53,632 nt of DNA from Nemertoderma westbladi. Lineage: Eukaryota > Animalia > Xenacoelomorpha. Both the position numbers and the translations under genes were made by a program. Shown here piece by piece: positions 35,277 to 46,732 of the stretch. The stretch spans positions 1 to 53,632 of the forward strand of contig JAUCBJ010004845.1 of NCBI GenBank assembly GCA_032718475.1, in the 5' to 3' direction. Under the pieces are notes generated by a model. The model saw only the letters and a program-made list of their open reading frames with translations, was not told the origin of the DNA and searched no databases. Each line of letters opens with the position of its first letter. Position 1 is the first letter of the stretch.

Positions 35277-35366
35277 GAAATTGCGACAACTATGGAGAAT
35301 CGGGAAGCCTGGAAGGATCTCATTTCCACTGTCCGAGTTCGCTCGACCTAGTAGTAGTAGTAGTAG
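35277..35366 (+). mobile_element. 90-bp extreme 3' end of an RTE-clade LINE with 14-bp TSD
   Basis: ELRQLW/MENREAWKDLISTVRVRST* then (TAG)n; TACATATTGATATA at 35263-35276 and 35367-35380. Confidence 0.85.
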
Positions 35367-35469
35367 TACATATTGATATATACATATTCTGCATAATATT
35401 ATTGTTCTTTCAAACCGTGAAATTCATGGAATTGGTATTTTTAGGGGTCTGCTGACAATTATATGCACA

Positions 35470-35624
35470 AATAGAACGAGATTGAATGGGCTTCCCAGGA
35501 TTTAGAAGCCATATAGAATTCATCGGAAACTTACGGTCCGATTATTTAGAGCAACAGTAGTTCCAGTACTCTTCTATGGGAGTCCATGCTGGGCTCTAAC
35601 TGCTGAGAACACCAAATCTCTGGA
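35470..35624 (+). mobile_element. RTE-clade LINE, left piece of RT C-terminal region
   Basis: RKLTVRLFRATVVPVLFYGSPCWALTAENTKSL(D), matching the RLFRATVESVLLYGxETWTLT..LDG motif. Confidence 0.8.
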
Positions 35625-36083
35625 CTGTCAGGGCCCTAAACCGATTAGGTTCTCTGTTCGCAGAACCCCGAACACTATTCCGGCCACGGAACTAGTCCAG
35701 CAGAATGCCTTTATAGAATCCTGGAATTGTTGGGACGAGAGGATCTCAGCAACTAAGCGAAAACGAACAATAGGATGTTCCTAGACCCCCCCCCAAAATC
35801 TATCTAGAAGACTTTTTCCCATATACATTACGTTTCAAAAGTCTACGGTTCTCCGGCTAGGGCCAATTTGAGTCAAAAAGTCCGCTTCCCTAGCAACCAC
35901 GTTGCTATGGAGCTACAGCCAAAACGGCTAATGCTACGGAGTTGGGATCGGCGCCAATCGATAGGCAGCATATGGGTTTACCTTCACAACTTCGAGTTTG
36001 AAGTTGCCCGATCAAGATCTTGACCGTGATCAGCAAAGATCAGTTTTGATCAGGTATCGGACACTCAAGGCTTGCTCCAATCG

Positions 36084-37250
36084 AAAAACTTAACATTACA
36101 AAAAGATTCCGCGACCCCACATTAGTCATGATTCCCGTTAAAATATTTAAAAAAAAGGTCTTCCCGGTCAAAACGCAAGATCATGATCGCGCAAAGATCG
36201 GACTTCGTAAAATCGTAACTAAGCATTTTGGATATAAACAATTACTGTAGGAAACGTTCAGAACACCACCCTGAGTCGATTAAAAAAAAAATTGGCTCGA
36301 TCGGACAACCGGTTCTCGAGATCTGATACCTGATCATTAAAGATCAGATTTTTTAGTTTTTTCTGATTTTCTCGAAAACTTTGTTTGAGACCCCCGATTT
36401 TTTTTTTACGAATCAACTTCTATGATGAAGGGGCAACTTTTGAGCATTTCGAAATTTTCAAAAAGCGATTTGATCAGGCCGTGATCAGAAAAGATCGTGT
36501 TTTCTGTTTTATTTCGAAGACCAAGTCCTGGGAGTTCACCGTATGGAAAAACTTAACATCACAAAAAGATTCCTCACCCTCGAATTATGGGGGGTAGCCA
36601 AAATTTGGGCATAAAAAAGTTCAAGTCTAGTGGGTCAAAACTCAAGATCATGATCGCGAAAAGATCAGTATATTTAAAATCGAATCTAAGCATTTTTCTA
36701 ATAAACATTCATTGTAAGAAATGTGCAATGGTCTATTCTGAGTTGATTAAAAAAAAAATTGGCTCGATCGGGCAACCAGTTCTCGAGATCAGCTTCCTGA
36801 TCATAAAAGATCGTGTTTTTCTGTTTTTCCCGATTTTCTCGAAAACTTTGTTTGAGACCCCCGATTTTTTTTTTACGAATCGACTTCTATGGTGAAGGGG
36901 CAACTTTTGAGCATTTCAAAATTTTCAAAAAGCGATTTGATCTGGCCATGATCAGGAAAGATCATGTTTTCGGTTTTATTTCGAAGACCAAGTCCTGTGA
37001 GTTCACCGTATGAAAAAACTTAACATTACAAAAAGATTCCTCACCCTCGAATTAGGGGGGGGTAGCCAAAATTTGACCATAAAAAAGTTCAATTCTAGGG
37101 GGTCAAAAGATCATGATCGCGAAATGATCAGTTTTTTCGAAATTACTTCTGAGCATTTTGGGGCAAAACTTTCAAACTAAAAAACATTCACTGGAGTGTT
37201 CTAAGTAGATTAAAAAAAATTTCGACTCAATAGGCCTACCGGTACCGGAG
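36084..37250. repeat. ~465-bp diverged tandem repeat, ~2.5 copies, GATC-rich
   Basis: AAAAACTTAACAT(T/C)ACAAAAAGATTCC recurs at ~36084, ~36547 and ~37014, followed by long near-identical blocks. Confidence 0.9.
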
Positions 37251-38264
37251 ATATGGTCGTCCAAAGTCTGCTTCCGGTAATTCGAAAATATTTCGAAAAC
37301 CCTTGATCGAATTTTTTCCTTGAAAATATTTGAATGTACAGTTAGTGGACCCGCATCTAACGATATATCACAATCCATATTTCGGATGACAGGTACCGGT
37401 GCAATCAGACTTTACCGAAAAAAATTCAAATTTTAGCTACTCATGTCTGACTATCTCGAAAACTATAATAGGTATGGAAATACTTTCACTGCAAGAAATG
37501 TTCGCCTATCCAATGCGCTTCTAACTCTGTGCTCGGATTTTGCATAGTGTCAAAACCTACAACTTAACCCCCCCAGCGGAGGGAACGGAGTGACCGGAGC
37601 GCCAGTACTATCTTTCATTATTATGAAGTAATAAGGGCGGTGGGTGGGGTAGGTGGTGAACACTATTTATAGGGTGGAGGGAGGGTCTAGTATATTACTT
37701 TAGGATATTTGATTTCTTTGCAATATAGTTTAGCTGCCTCAGTCTTATTTGTAATATGTTATACATTATACCAAATTATGTCAAGTTTTAACATAATACA
37801 TTGTCTACCTGTAGGAGAAATATACAATGTAGGGCTCATAATATATTTATAAATAGATTTAGTATATTTACATTGTATAACAGAGTTAATTGATACTATT
37901 ACGGTATTATACTAAAGACGCCGCTTTGATATATCTGATCAAATGGCAATTTCTTGTATATTATCTATTTCACTATCTTGGGTATATCATTCAATTTCTA
38001 AAACTATAATAATAAACATTTACTTCACTTCTTGTTTACTCGCATGGATATATTGATATAAAACACTTCAGTATAATATCTTATAGGGCCAAACACAGAT
38101 TAATCGGAATAATATGTTTAATTATTATTACAATGGGCACATTGAAGTAAGTAGTACATGAGTTTGATAAAATAATTATGAATCTGTATCTTATTCTACT
38201 TTGTCTATATGATTATGTTATATAATAATGTTACTTTATCACTTTGGTTTAAACCGATCTCCTT

Positions 38265-38329
38265 TACTATTACTTACTACTTATACTACTACTACTACTA
38301 CTATTACTACTACTGCTACTGACTACTAC
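38265..38329. repeat. (ACT)n microsatellite, imperfect
   Basis: Direct reading. Confidence 0.85.
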
Positions 38330-38420
38330 AGAGTTATATATTATAAGAGGATGGGGTTCGTGATTATTAGTTATTATACAAGTGCCCCTCGGCTATAGAG
38401 AGTCCACCCTCGGTTGCTTA

Positions 38421-38845
38421 CTGGATGGCACATTCACAAGAATGCTACGCCGGGTTCACTGTGTCAAGTACAATGCACAGATCTCCAATCAGACACTATA
38501 ACATTGGAGGTGTCCCATTGGTTCCCCAAGCTTGACACTAAAACAAAGCCACCTCCGCTTTGCAGGACATTGCCTTCGACGTGAGGACCAGCCAGTGCAT
38601 AATATTGTGCTTTGGCAGCCTCACGGAGTGAATAAGCATGGTGGGCAGCCCATGACTTTATTGAGACGCATCTTAAAGGACACTGGCCTTAAAGATGCGG
38701 ATGATCTAGCAAATGTCATGGGTGATAGGGAGTTGTGGTGGTGCAATTTTGTCGACAAGCCTTTCATTCATAATATATATGTAATATAAATACATAAAGC
38801 AGCTGCAATGCAGCATGCCGATCCTAGTAGTAGTAGTAGTAGTAG
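38421..38845 (+). mobile_element. RTE-clade LINE, right piece to 3' (TAG)n tail
   Basis: LDGTFTRMLRRV..ISNQTL..LRFAGHCLRREDQPVHNIVLWQP..GG.P.T..DTGL...L..VMGDRELW, then (TAG)n at ~38825-38845. Confidence 0.88.
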
Positions 38846-41800
38846 CGAATTTGCTGAGTGGGTAGTGATATATTTTTTTCAGGTGAAAGCATCGAAATAG
38901 TGAAACAACTGAATGCGTCACAGGGTCGAAATGTCAAGAGGTCGACAAATTAACCCCCCCCCATCATGTATATTGTCATTTGATTATTATTTCTTTCCCC
39001 TTAATTTGTAACAAAATCGTTCACTGTTTTGGTATGAAAAATAATAATATATTGTTTGTCACCAATGAGAACCGCCATCTCGTTTTATTTTTGCCACTAT
39101 ATTGTACCATTGTACCACCTTATACATCCTCTTCGCTGACTCAATTGTCCACACACCCTGATATGTGGCCCTGCTGTAGGACAAATCCTGTAGTGAGTTA
39201 GAAACAGGAAATGTTTGACTTCAGATCAATTGTTATTATGACTTTTGCATGATATGATGCTTTGAATTAGCCTCTTAATTTAGATGAAAAATTCAAGATT
39301 CACGATATTGTTGCTTTTCACTTTTCTAAAATTTCTCTAAAAATAATGTGTATAATTAAATATGAATTGTATAGGCAGTGTTGTTTTAGCTAGGATTATG
39401 TGTCCAGTATGAAATTGTTCACGTGTTCAGGTAATCATGGTTAATTTCCGGTGAAACATATGATATTAAAATAATCATAATATATCTCATTCGTATGTAA
39501 GATGCATATTATCCTTCATTCTCTGCTAGATGCTTATTCTTTATTTGCATCCTAAGGTAAGTCTGACCTTGTTATTATAGCTATACTTTGTTATAGCTCA
39601 ATTAATGCCCAGAGTAATAATTTAAACAGTAAAGTTCAAATATGAATTACAAATTATTATTATACCAATGTTTTAAAAACCCATAATAGCATGTTGATAG
39701 ATATTGTAATATAATACCAGTACACTGAGTGGCTTGGCTAACACTTGATATAACGATTATAACATATTATTCATAAAATTAAATTGAATTCAAACACATA
39801 TCATCCGAATTACTGCTGATTCTCGCATGCTAGTATATATGTAAATGCATTATTTTATTAATTATATTTTTCAATAAATATATACCACTCAGTCACTAAA
39901 AAACATACCTACTATTCTGCAAATTTTCGGGTTTAACGCAAATGCATATGTATAGCTTTCTGTAATTTTGGTAGGTAAAATATTGCCAGTAATAATCTCA
40001 CTGATATGGCATCATGGATGATTTTATGTTAGTAAATAATTTAAATATAAAAACAAACAAATGTTGCATTATTCTATTGCAGATAAAATGATATATTACT
40101 GTTAAACGTATCACATCAGATTATCTCCCATATCCCAGCGGATTATTCCATAAGGATTATTATCGATGCAATAGTATGTTAAAGAATTCATTATTAAAAT
40201 TAACTACAAAACCAGAGAGAAATATCAGATAGTGGGACTGAGAGCATGATTAATCTCAGCCTCGAGGCGAATTATCAATATTAATTTTCAGAGTTATTTT
40301 TGTATCGATTTGCCAATGGTAGGGTTCAATTTTGATTGCGCCATGAGCCCCCCCCCCCCCCCCCCCCTTCCTATCATGAATAAGTTAATTAGAATTGGGG
40401 TTCTTCTCATTCAAATTATACTGAGTAAAACTTTCTGGAATACAGCACTGTGACATCGAAATTCGTATTGGTTTTACATATAATTAGCATATCATTTTCC
40501 AATGCATAATTCTCTCACTATTTCGAAAATATTTTTGTTAAGAATCCATCGCATTATTAATGACTATAATATCGCCTACCACAACTATATAACTCCATGA
40601 ATGGTACAACGCAATATTTATTAAAACATTTGATATTTAATTAATTTTAAATTAGGTTAACGCAACACATATATCAAATATATGTTGGCTAGTGTTATTT
40701 ATGAAATTGTCAACTGCTTGTTTATATCTAATTATGCAATCTAATGATTCTGCAATCTGATTAAATTATGATAAAAAATCTGGTTCATATTCAATAATAT
40801 AATAAATATGTTTTGTTATTTTTAATAGGTAATAAATATTAATATTGTATATTTATATTTATTTATAGAACAATAACTAACCTGCAACTCAATTTTTACA
40901 GCAAAGTAAATAAAACATAGTTTAACTTTTCTTATAAGAAAACATTAACAAAATAATTTGATGAATTAGAAAATGAAAATATACCAATGCCATCCACAAT
41001 TTAAAGTAATCTGTACTATTGGATTGGAGCACGGGCTCAGAGCAAAAGAGGCTTCCTGCTGCCAATCTGATTTTCCTCGAAGCTTATGCAATAGGAGCAG
41101 AGCTGGTAAATTCTGGAAGGGTTATCATTGTGCGTGCACTGCAGAATTCAAAGTCACACTCTGTAGCAACTAATTCCCTTCTTCCCAATTGGAACACAGC
41201 TTTCTGCACTTGCTCAATATAAATATACAGGCAGACACACCAGAGCAATTTGTAAGGTTACCACAACCAACTATAATAACCAGCCACACTATGCCGCACA
41301 TCTCCATCGCCCTGTAGATTCATATGAAAAATCAATTTTTTATTGAATCGATGACAGGCTATGGCTCTAGCCATTCATCATATTTATCAATAACTTTATC
41401 GGCAATCCCAATCTATCGGTTGGGATACAAAGACTCACAACTCAATACCTCAAATGTGATCAGAAATAAGTTAACAATAGTAGAAAAATAAATATAAGGT
41501 AAAAATTTGATATTTTTACAATTAGATTTATTTTTATAATGATATTAATTTTTTTAGTACATTTTTTATCATTTTTAGTTAATAATCGCGGGAACTTGCT
41601 CGCAACATAATCTTCCATTATTTTCATAAACCATATCTTAGTTTTATGGGGTTCAAACCATATAGTTGCGGAGAGCAATTAAAAAGATCTATGTTACTCT
41701 GAAAAATAACGGTCTTAAGATATTTATGTACGTAGATTTGTAACATAATATGTACTTTTTGTCAGTCTATTCATACATATCATGTTTTATTAATATAGAA

Positions 41801-44800
41801 AATTTAGGAAAAAATGCAATGTGATGTTTAAATAAATCATTAATTACACATAATGGCTTCATTATAAATGCATGTTGGGTGATCAACCCACTAGATTTAT
41901 TTATTATGTAATGAATGAAATTGATTCTGGGTATCCTGTACTACGGTGGCCCATAGTTACCACTCCTTACACAAAATATTTTCAGGATGCGCGCGCGCGC
42001 GGGGTTTTATGTGTGCGCGCGCGGTTATGTTATGCGAGCGTACTGTATCAAAATGCCGTGATGATGACGTCAATGGTTTAAATAAATAAATTAGGTTAAT
42101 CTGCATTTTAAACATTTTTATTAAATTAAGAACAAATATTGCTAAATGTTAAGAGTAGCTTTTTGTCCATTATCAGAGTAAAATGATTGAAATTATGAAA
42201 AATATTGAATATTTTCTGCCACAAGTGGAACTTGTTCGTTCGTGACTGGCAATGACATGGTTGGTTAGGTGTCGCGTGTATCGCAACAAAAGTTCGAAGC
42301 ATTTACTGTAGTAACATCGCTTTTTTTTGTCTATTAAGAATTAATATTAAAATATTAATATTTGTTTAAGTGTTTTTTAAAGGGATTTTTTGCGAGAGGT
42401 GGTCTCCTAATGTGCCTCTGTGACTATTATGCGTTGCTGTATGTTTGGTGTATAGCATTGTTATATGCAAGGCGAAATGCGAAATATTTCTTTAAAAAAA
42501 GAACCAGGGTGAGGATGGCAGATAGATTAAACTAATCATCACTGGTAATACTAAGTGAAAAGTGAAAACCTGGTATTCTTCAAAGTAATCAAGCAAAAAC
42601 CGCCAACCTTGTGTTACATTGATATCGAAATAATAATGATACTATTAATAATAATGATACTAATAATAATAATACCCAAATATCCAATCTACGGTGGCAC
42701 TTTCATTAACAATAAAACATACAAATACACATTAGATACAAATGGCATAAAAATATATGTCGTTGTAGAGTTTAGAAAAATATTTATAAAGGGTTGCTTG
42801 AGTATTTTACTAAAAATGTAAATTAGTGAATCCATATGAACAATAATAAAATGCAAAAGTAACATAAAAGTTTCAACGTTTAATTGTATGACTTCCTGAA
42901 AAGTTGAATTAATCAAAACAATTTGCATATGGATTAGTAAGACATTGAGTTTAATACACAACTGAACATTCTACTGTGTTTACACTATGTTTTAGACCAG
43001 AAAAACCACTAAATTTAGTAATTTATCTTTATTCTCGTTATTGATGTTACTGTGGCCTTCCCTTGGGAGTGATTGAGAACCCGGAGACATTCCAGGCAGG
43101 CTGGTAGAGGAACTCATTACAGTCACAGCAGACATTAAGTAATGGCCCAGCATGGGTTCTTCTACTTTAGAAGAAGCTGCATACCAGAGAATCACTTTAC
43201 CAGAGATTCTATGAACCATGCTGTTTCTTGTGGTCCACATATGATTAGCTAATAATCAGCCACTTATTTGATGGTGCATCTACCTACAGGGTGGAGTTTA
43301 ATCACTAAATTAACTTCGACACAATGTTGTTATAAATTCTAATAAAATAATATAATATATTTAATAATAAACTATTTAAATTAAATGTGTATATTTGTTG
43401 GTGAGATAATGGTGTTTTTTTTTATTTTGAATCTTAATATAATACATACAACATTGTCATATTATGGATTTACTTACTATACACTGATAAAAACATGAGG
43501 GAACTACTATTATTATAGTTAAAACAATGGTAATAAAATGCTGAAGCAAATTAATATTTTTTAAAGTTAATTTGTTGATTGATTTTATCATTGCGATGTG
43601 ATTATATAGAATTAATTGACAAGACGTTTTATCAATTGTGCCAGTGGAGTAGATGGTGTATCTCATTTACCCCATCATAATAGACATGTACAGAAGGAAG
43701 AGAGTCCCAGAAGAAATGAAAACCAGATCCACTGCTATAGGAAATTACTTCATACAACACCAGATCCACTGCTATAGGAAATTACTTCCTACAACACAAG
43801 ATCCACTGCTATAGGAAATTACTTCGTACAACACCAGATCCACTGCTATAGGCAATTACTTCGTACAACACCAGATCTACTGCTATAGGCAATTACTTCG
43901 TACAACACCAGATCCACTGCTATAGGCAATTACTTCGTACAACACCAGATCCACTGCTATAGGCAATTACTTCGTACAACACCAGATTCACTGCTATAGG
44001 CAATTACTTCGTACAACACCAGATTCACTGCTATAGGCAATTACTTCATACAACACCAGATCCACTGCTATAGGAAATTACTTCATACAACACCAGATCC
44101 ACTGCTATAGGCAATTACTTCGTACAACACCAGATCTACTGCTATAGGCAATTACTTCGTACAACACCAGATCCACTGCTATAGGCAATTACTTCGTACA
44201 ACACCAGATCCACTGCTATAGGCAATTACTTCGTACAACACCAGATTCACTGCTATAGGCAATTACTTCGTACAACACCAGATTCACTGCTATAGGCAAT
44301 TACTTCGTACAACACCAGATTCACTGCTATAGGCAATTACTTCATACAACACCAGATCCACTGCTATAGGAAATTACTTCATACAACACCAGATCCACTG
44401 CTATAGGAAATTACTTCGTACAACACCAGATCCACTGCTATAGGAAATTACTTCGTACAACACCAGATCCACTGCTATAGGCAATTACTTCGTACAACAC
44501 CAGATCTACTGCTATAGGCAATTACTTCGTACAACACCAGATCCACTGCTATAGGCAATTACTTCGTACAACACCAGATCCACTGCTATAGGCAATTACT
44601 TCGTACAACACCAGATCTACTGCTATAGGAAATTACTTCATACAACACCAGATCCACTGCTATAGGAAATTACTTCGTACAACACCAGATCCACTGCTAT
44701 AGGCAATTACTTCGTACAACACCAGATCTACTGCTATAGGCAATTACTTCGTACAACACCAGATCCACTGCTATAGGCAATTACTTCGTACAACACCAGA

Positions 44801-45371
44801 TCCACTGCTATAGGCAATTACTTCGTACAACACCAGATTCACTGCTATAGGCAATTACTTCGTACAACACCAGATTCACTGCTATAGGCAATTACTTCAT
44901 ACAACACCAGATCCACTGCTATAGGAAATTACTTCATACAACACCAGATCCACTGCTATAGGAAATTACTTCGTACAACACCAGATCCACTGCTATAGGA
45001 AATTACTTCCTACAACACCAGATCCACTGCTATAGGAAATTACTTCATACAACACCAGATCCACTGCTATAGGAAATTACTTCATACAACACCAGATCCA
45101 CTGCTATAGGAAATTACTTCCTACAACACCAGATCCACTGCTATAGGCAATTACTTCGTACAACAACAGATCCACTGCTATAGGAAATTACTTCGTACAA
45201 CACCAGACCCACTGCTATAGGCAATTACTTCGTACAACACCAGATCCACTGCTATAGGCAATTACATTACTTCTTACAACACCAGATCCACTGCTATAGG
45301 CAATTACTTCATACAACACCAGATCCACTGCTATAGGCAATTACTTCCTACAACACCAGATCCACTGCTAT

Positions 45372-45693
45372 CTTCTGAGATCTTCTCATATGTGCCTTCG
45401 TGGGTCCCGCTCCTCAAGCAGACGTCCAGTTCACCGCGAAATTGCGGAGACCTCCATCACGCTGTCAAATGCTGACACAGCAACCGCAATTCCGGTTCAA
45501 TCGTAAACAGTGGGCAGCTTGATCGAAACAGTACGGCAGTAGGCCTAATTGTACAAAGTGCGGTACTGTTGCTTGGTGACGGGTGGTGACGGATACTACT
45601 CTTGCATTAGGCTACGTAGTTACAATGTTAATGGATTATTTTCGTTATTAAAAAAATAAAAAACCGTAAAAAAAAAAAAAAAAAAGATTCAAA
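45372..45693 (+). mobile_element. 5'-truncated CRE-type (RLE) non-LTR retrotransposon 3' end inserted in the satellite
   Basis: Frame 45372-45506 reads LLRSSHMCLRGSRSS..* (LLRSxxxCLRGSR signature), then 3' UTR and A-rich tail. GCTAT at 45367-45371 and 45694-45698. Confidence 0.78.
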
Positions 45694-46319
45694 GCTATAG
45701 GCAATTACTTCGTACAACACCAGATCCACTGGTATAGGCAATTACTTCGTAAAACACCAGATCCACTGGTATAGGCAATTACTTCGTACAACACCAGATC
45801 CACTGCTATAGGAAATTACTTCGTACAACACCAGATCCACTGCTATAGGCAATTACTTCGTACAACACCAGATCCACTGGTATAGGCAATTACTTCGTAC
45901 AACACCAGATCCACTGCTATAGGCAATTACTTCGTACAACACCAGATCCACTGCTATAGGCAATTACTTCGTACAACACCAGATCCACTGCTATAGGAAA
46001 TTACTTCGTACAACACCAGACCCACTGCTATAGGCAATTACTTCGTACAACACCAGATCCACTTCTATAGGCAATTACTTCGTACAACACCAGATTCACT
46101 GCTATAGGCAATTACTTCGTACAACACCAGATCCACTGGTATAGGAAATTACTTCGTACAACACCAGATCCGCTGCTATAGGAAATTACTTCGTACAACA
46201 CCAGATCCACTGCTATAGGCAATTACTTCGTACAACACCAGATCCACTGCTATAGGAAATTACTTCGTACAACACCAGATCCACTGCTATAGACAATTAC
46301 TTCGTACAACACCAGATTC

Positions 46320-46732
46320 TACGGAGCCCCTAAAGGGACATTTGTGAAGAGATATTTTTTTTTAGTACCACGTTCGCACGTGATACTAACACGTTCGCAC
46401 GTGTTACCTAACACGTTCGCACGTGATACTAACACGTTCGCACGTGATACTAACACGTTCGCACGTGTTACCTAACACGTTCGCACGTGTTACCTAACAC
46501 GTTCGCACGTGATACTAACACGTTCGCACGTGTTACCTAACACGTTCGCACGTGATACTAACACGTTCGCACGTGATACTAACACGTTCGCACGTGATAC
46601 TAACACGTTCGCACGTGTTACCTAACACGTTCGCACGTGATACTAACACGTTCGCACGTGTTACCTAACACGTTCGTACGTGTTACTAAAAAAAATATAT
46701 CTCTTCACAAATGTCCCTTTAGGGGCTCCGTA
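46320..46732. mobile_element. IS3EU-like MITE (413 bp) with ~48-bp TIRs, 6-bp TSD and internal 21/22-bp tandem array
   Basis: AGATTC|TACGGAGCCCCTAAAGGGACATTTGTGAAGAGATAT ... ATATCTCTTCACAAATGTCCCTTTAGGGGCTCCGTA|AGATTC. TAY..RTA ends with a 6-bp TSD fit IS3EU. Confidence 0.9.
46368..46686. repeat. Mixed 21/22-bp tandem repeat AACACGTTCGCACGTG(ATACT/TTACCT), ~15 units
   Basis: Direct reading inside the MITE. Confidence 0.95.

Larger units (their letters stand above)
35625..38420. mobile_element. 2.8-kb non-coding insertion (possibly composite) interrupting the RTE
   Basis: Flanked by CTGGA at 35620-35624 and 38421-38425; removing it restores KSLDGTFTRMLRR. Confidence 0.7.

Noticed and set aside
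40973-41315. GC-richer block as a coding exon
   Set aside because: Only short ORFs with no recognisable motif; it could be a UTR exon but the sequence alone does not support that.
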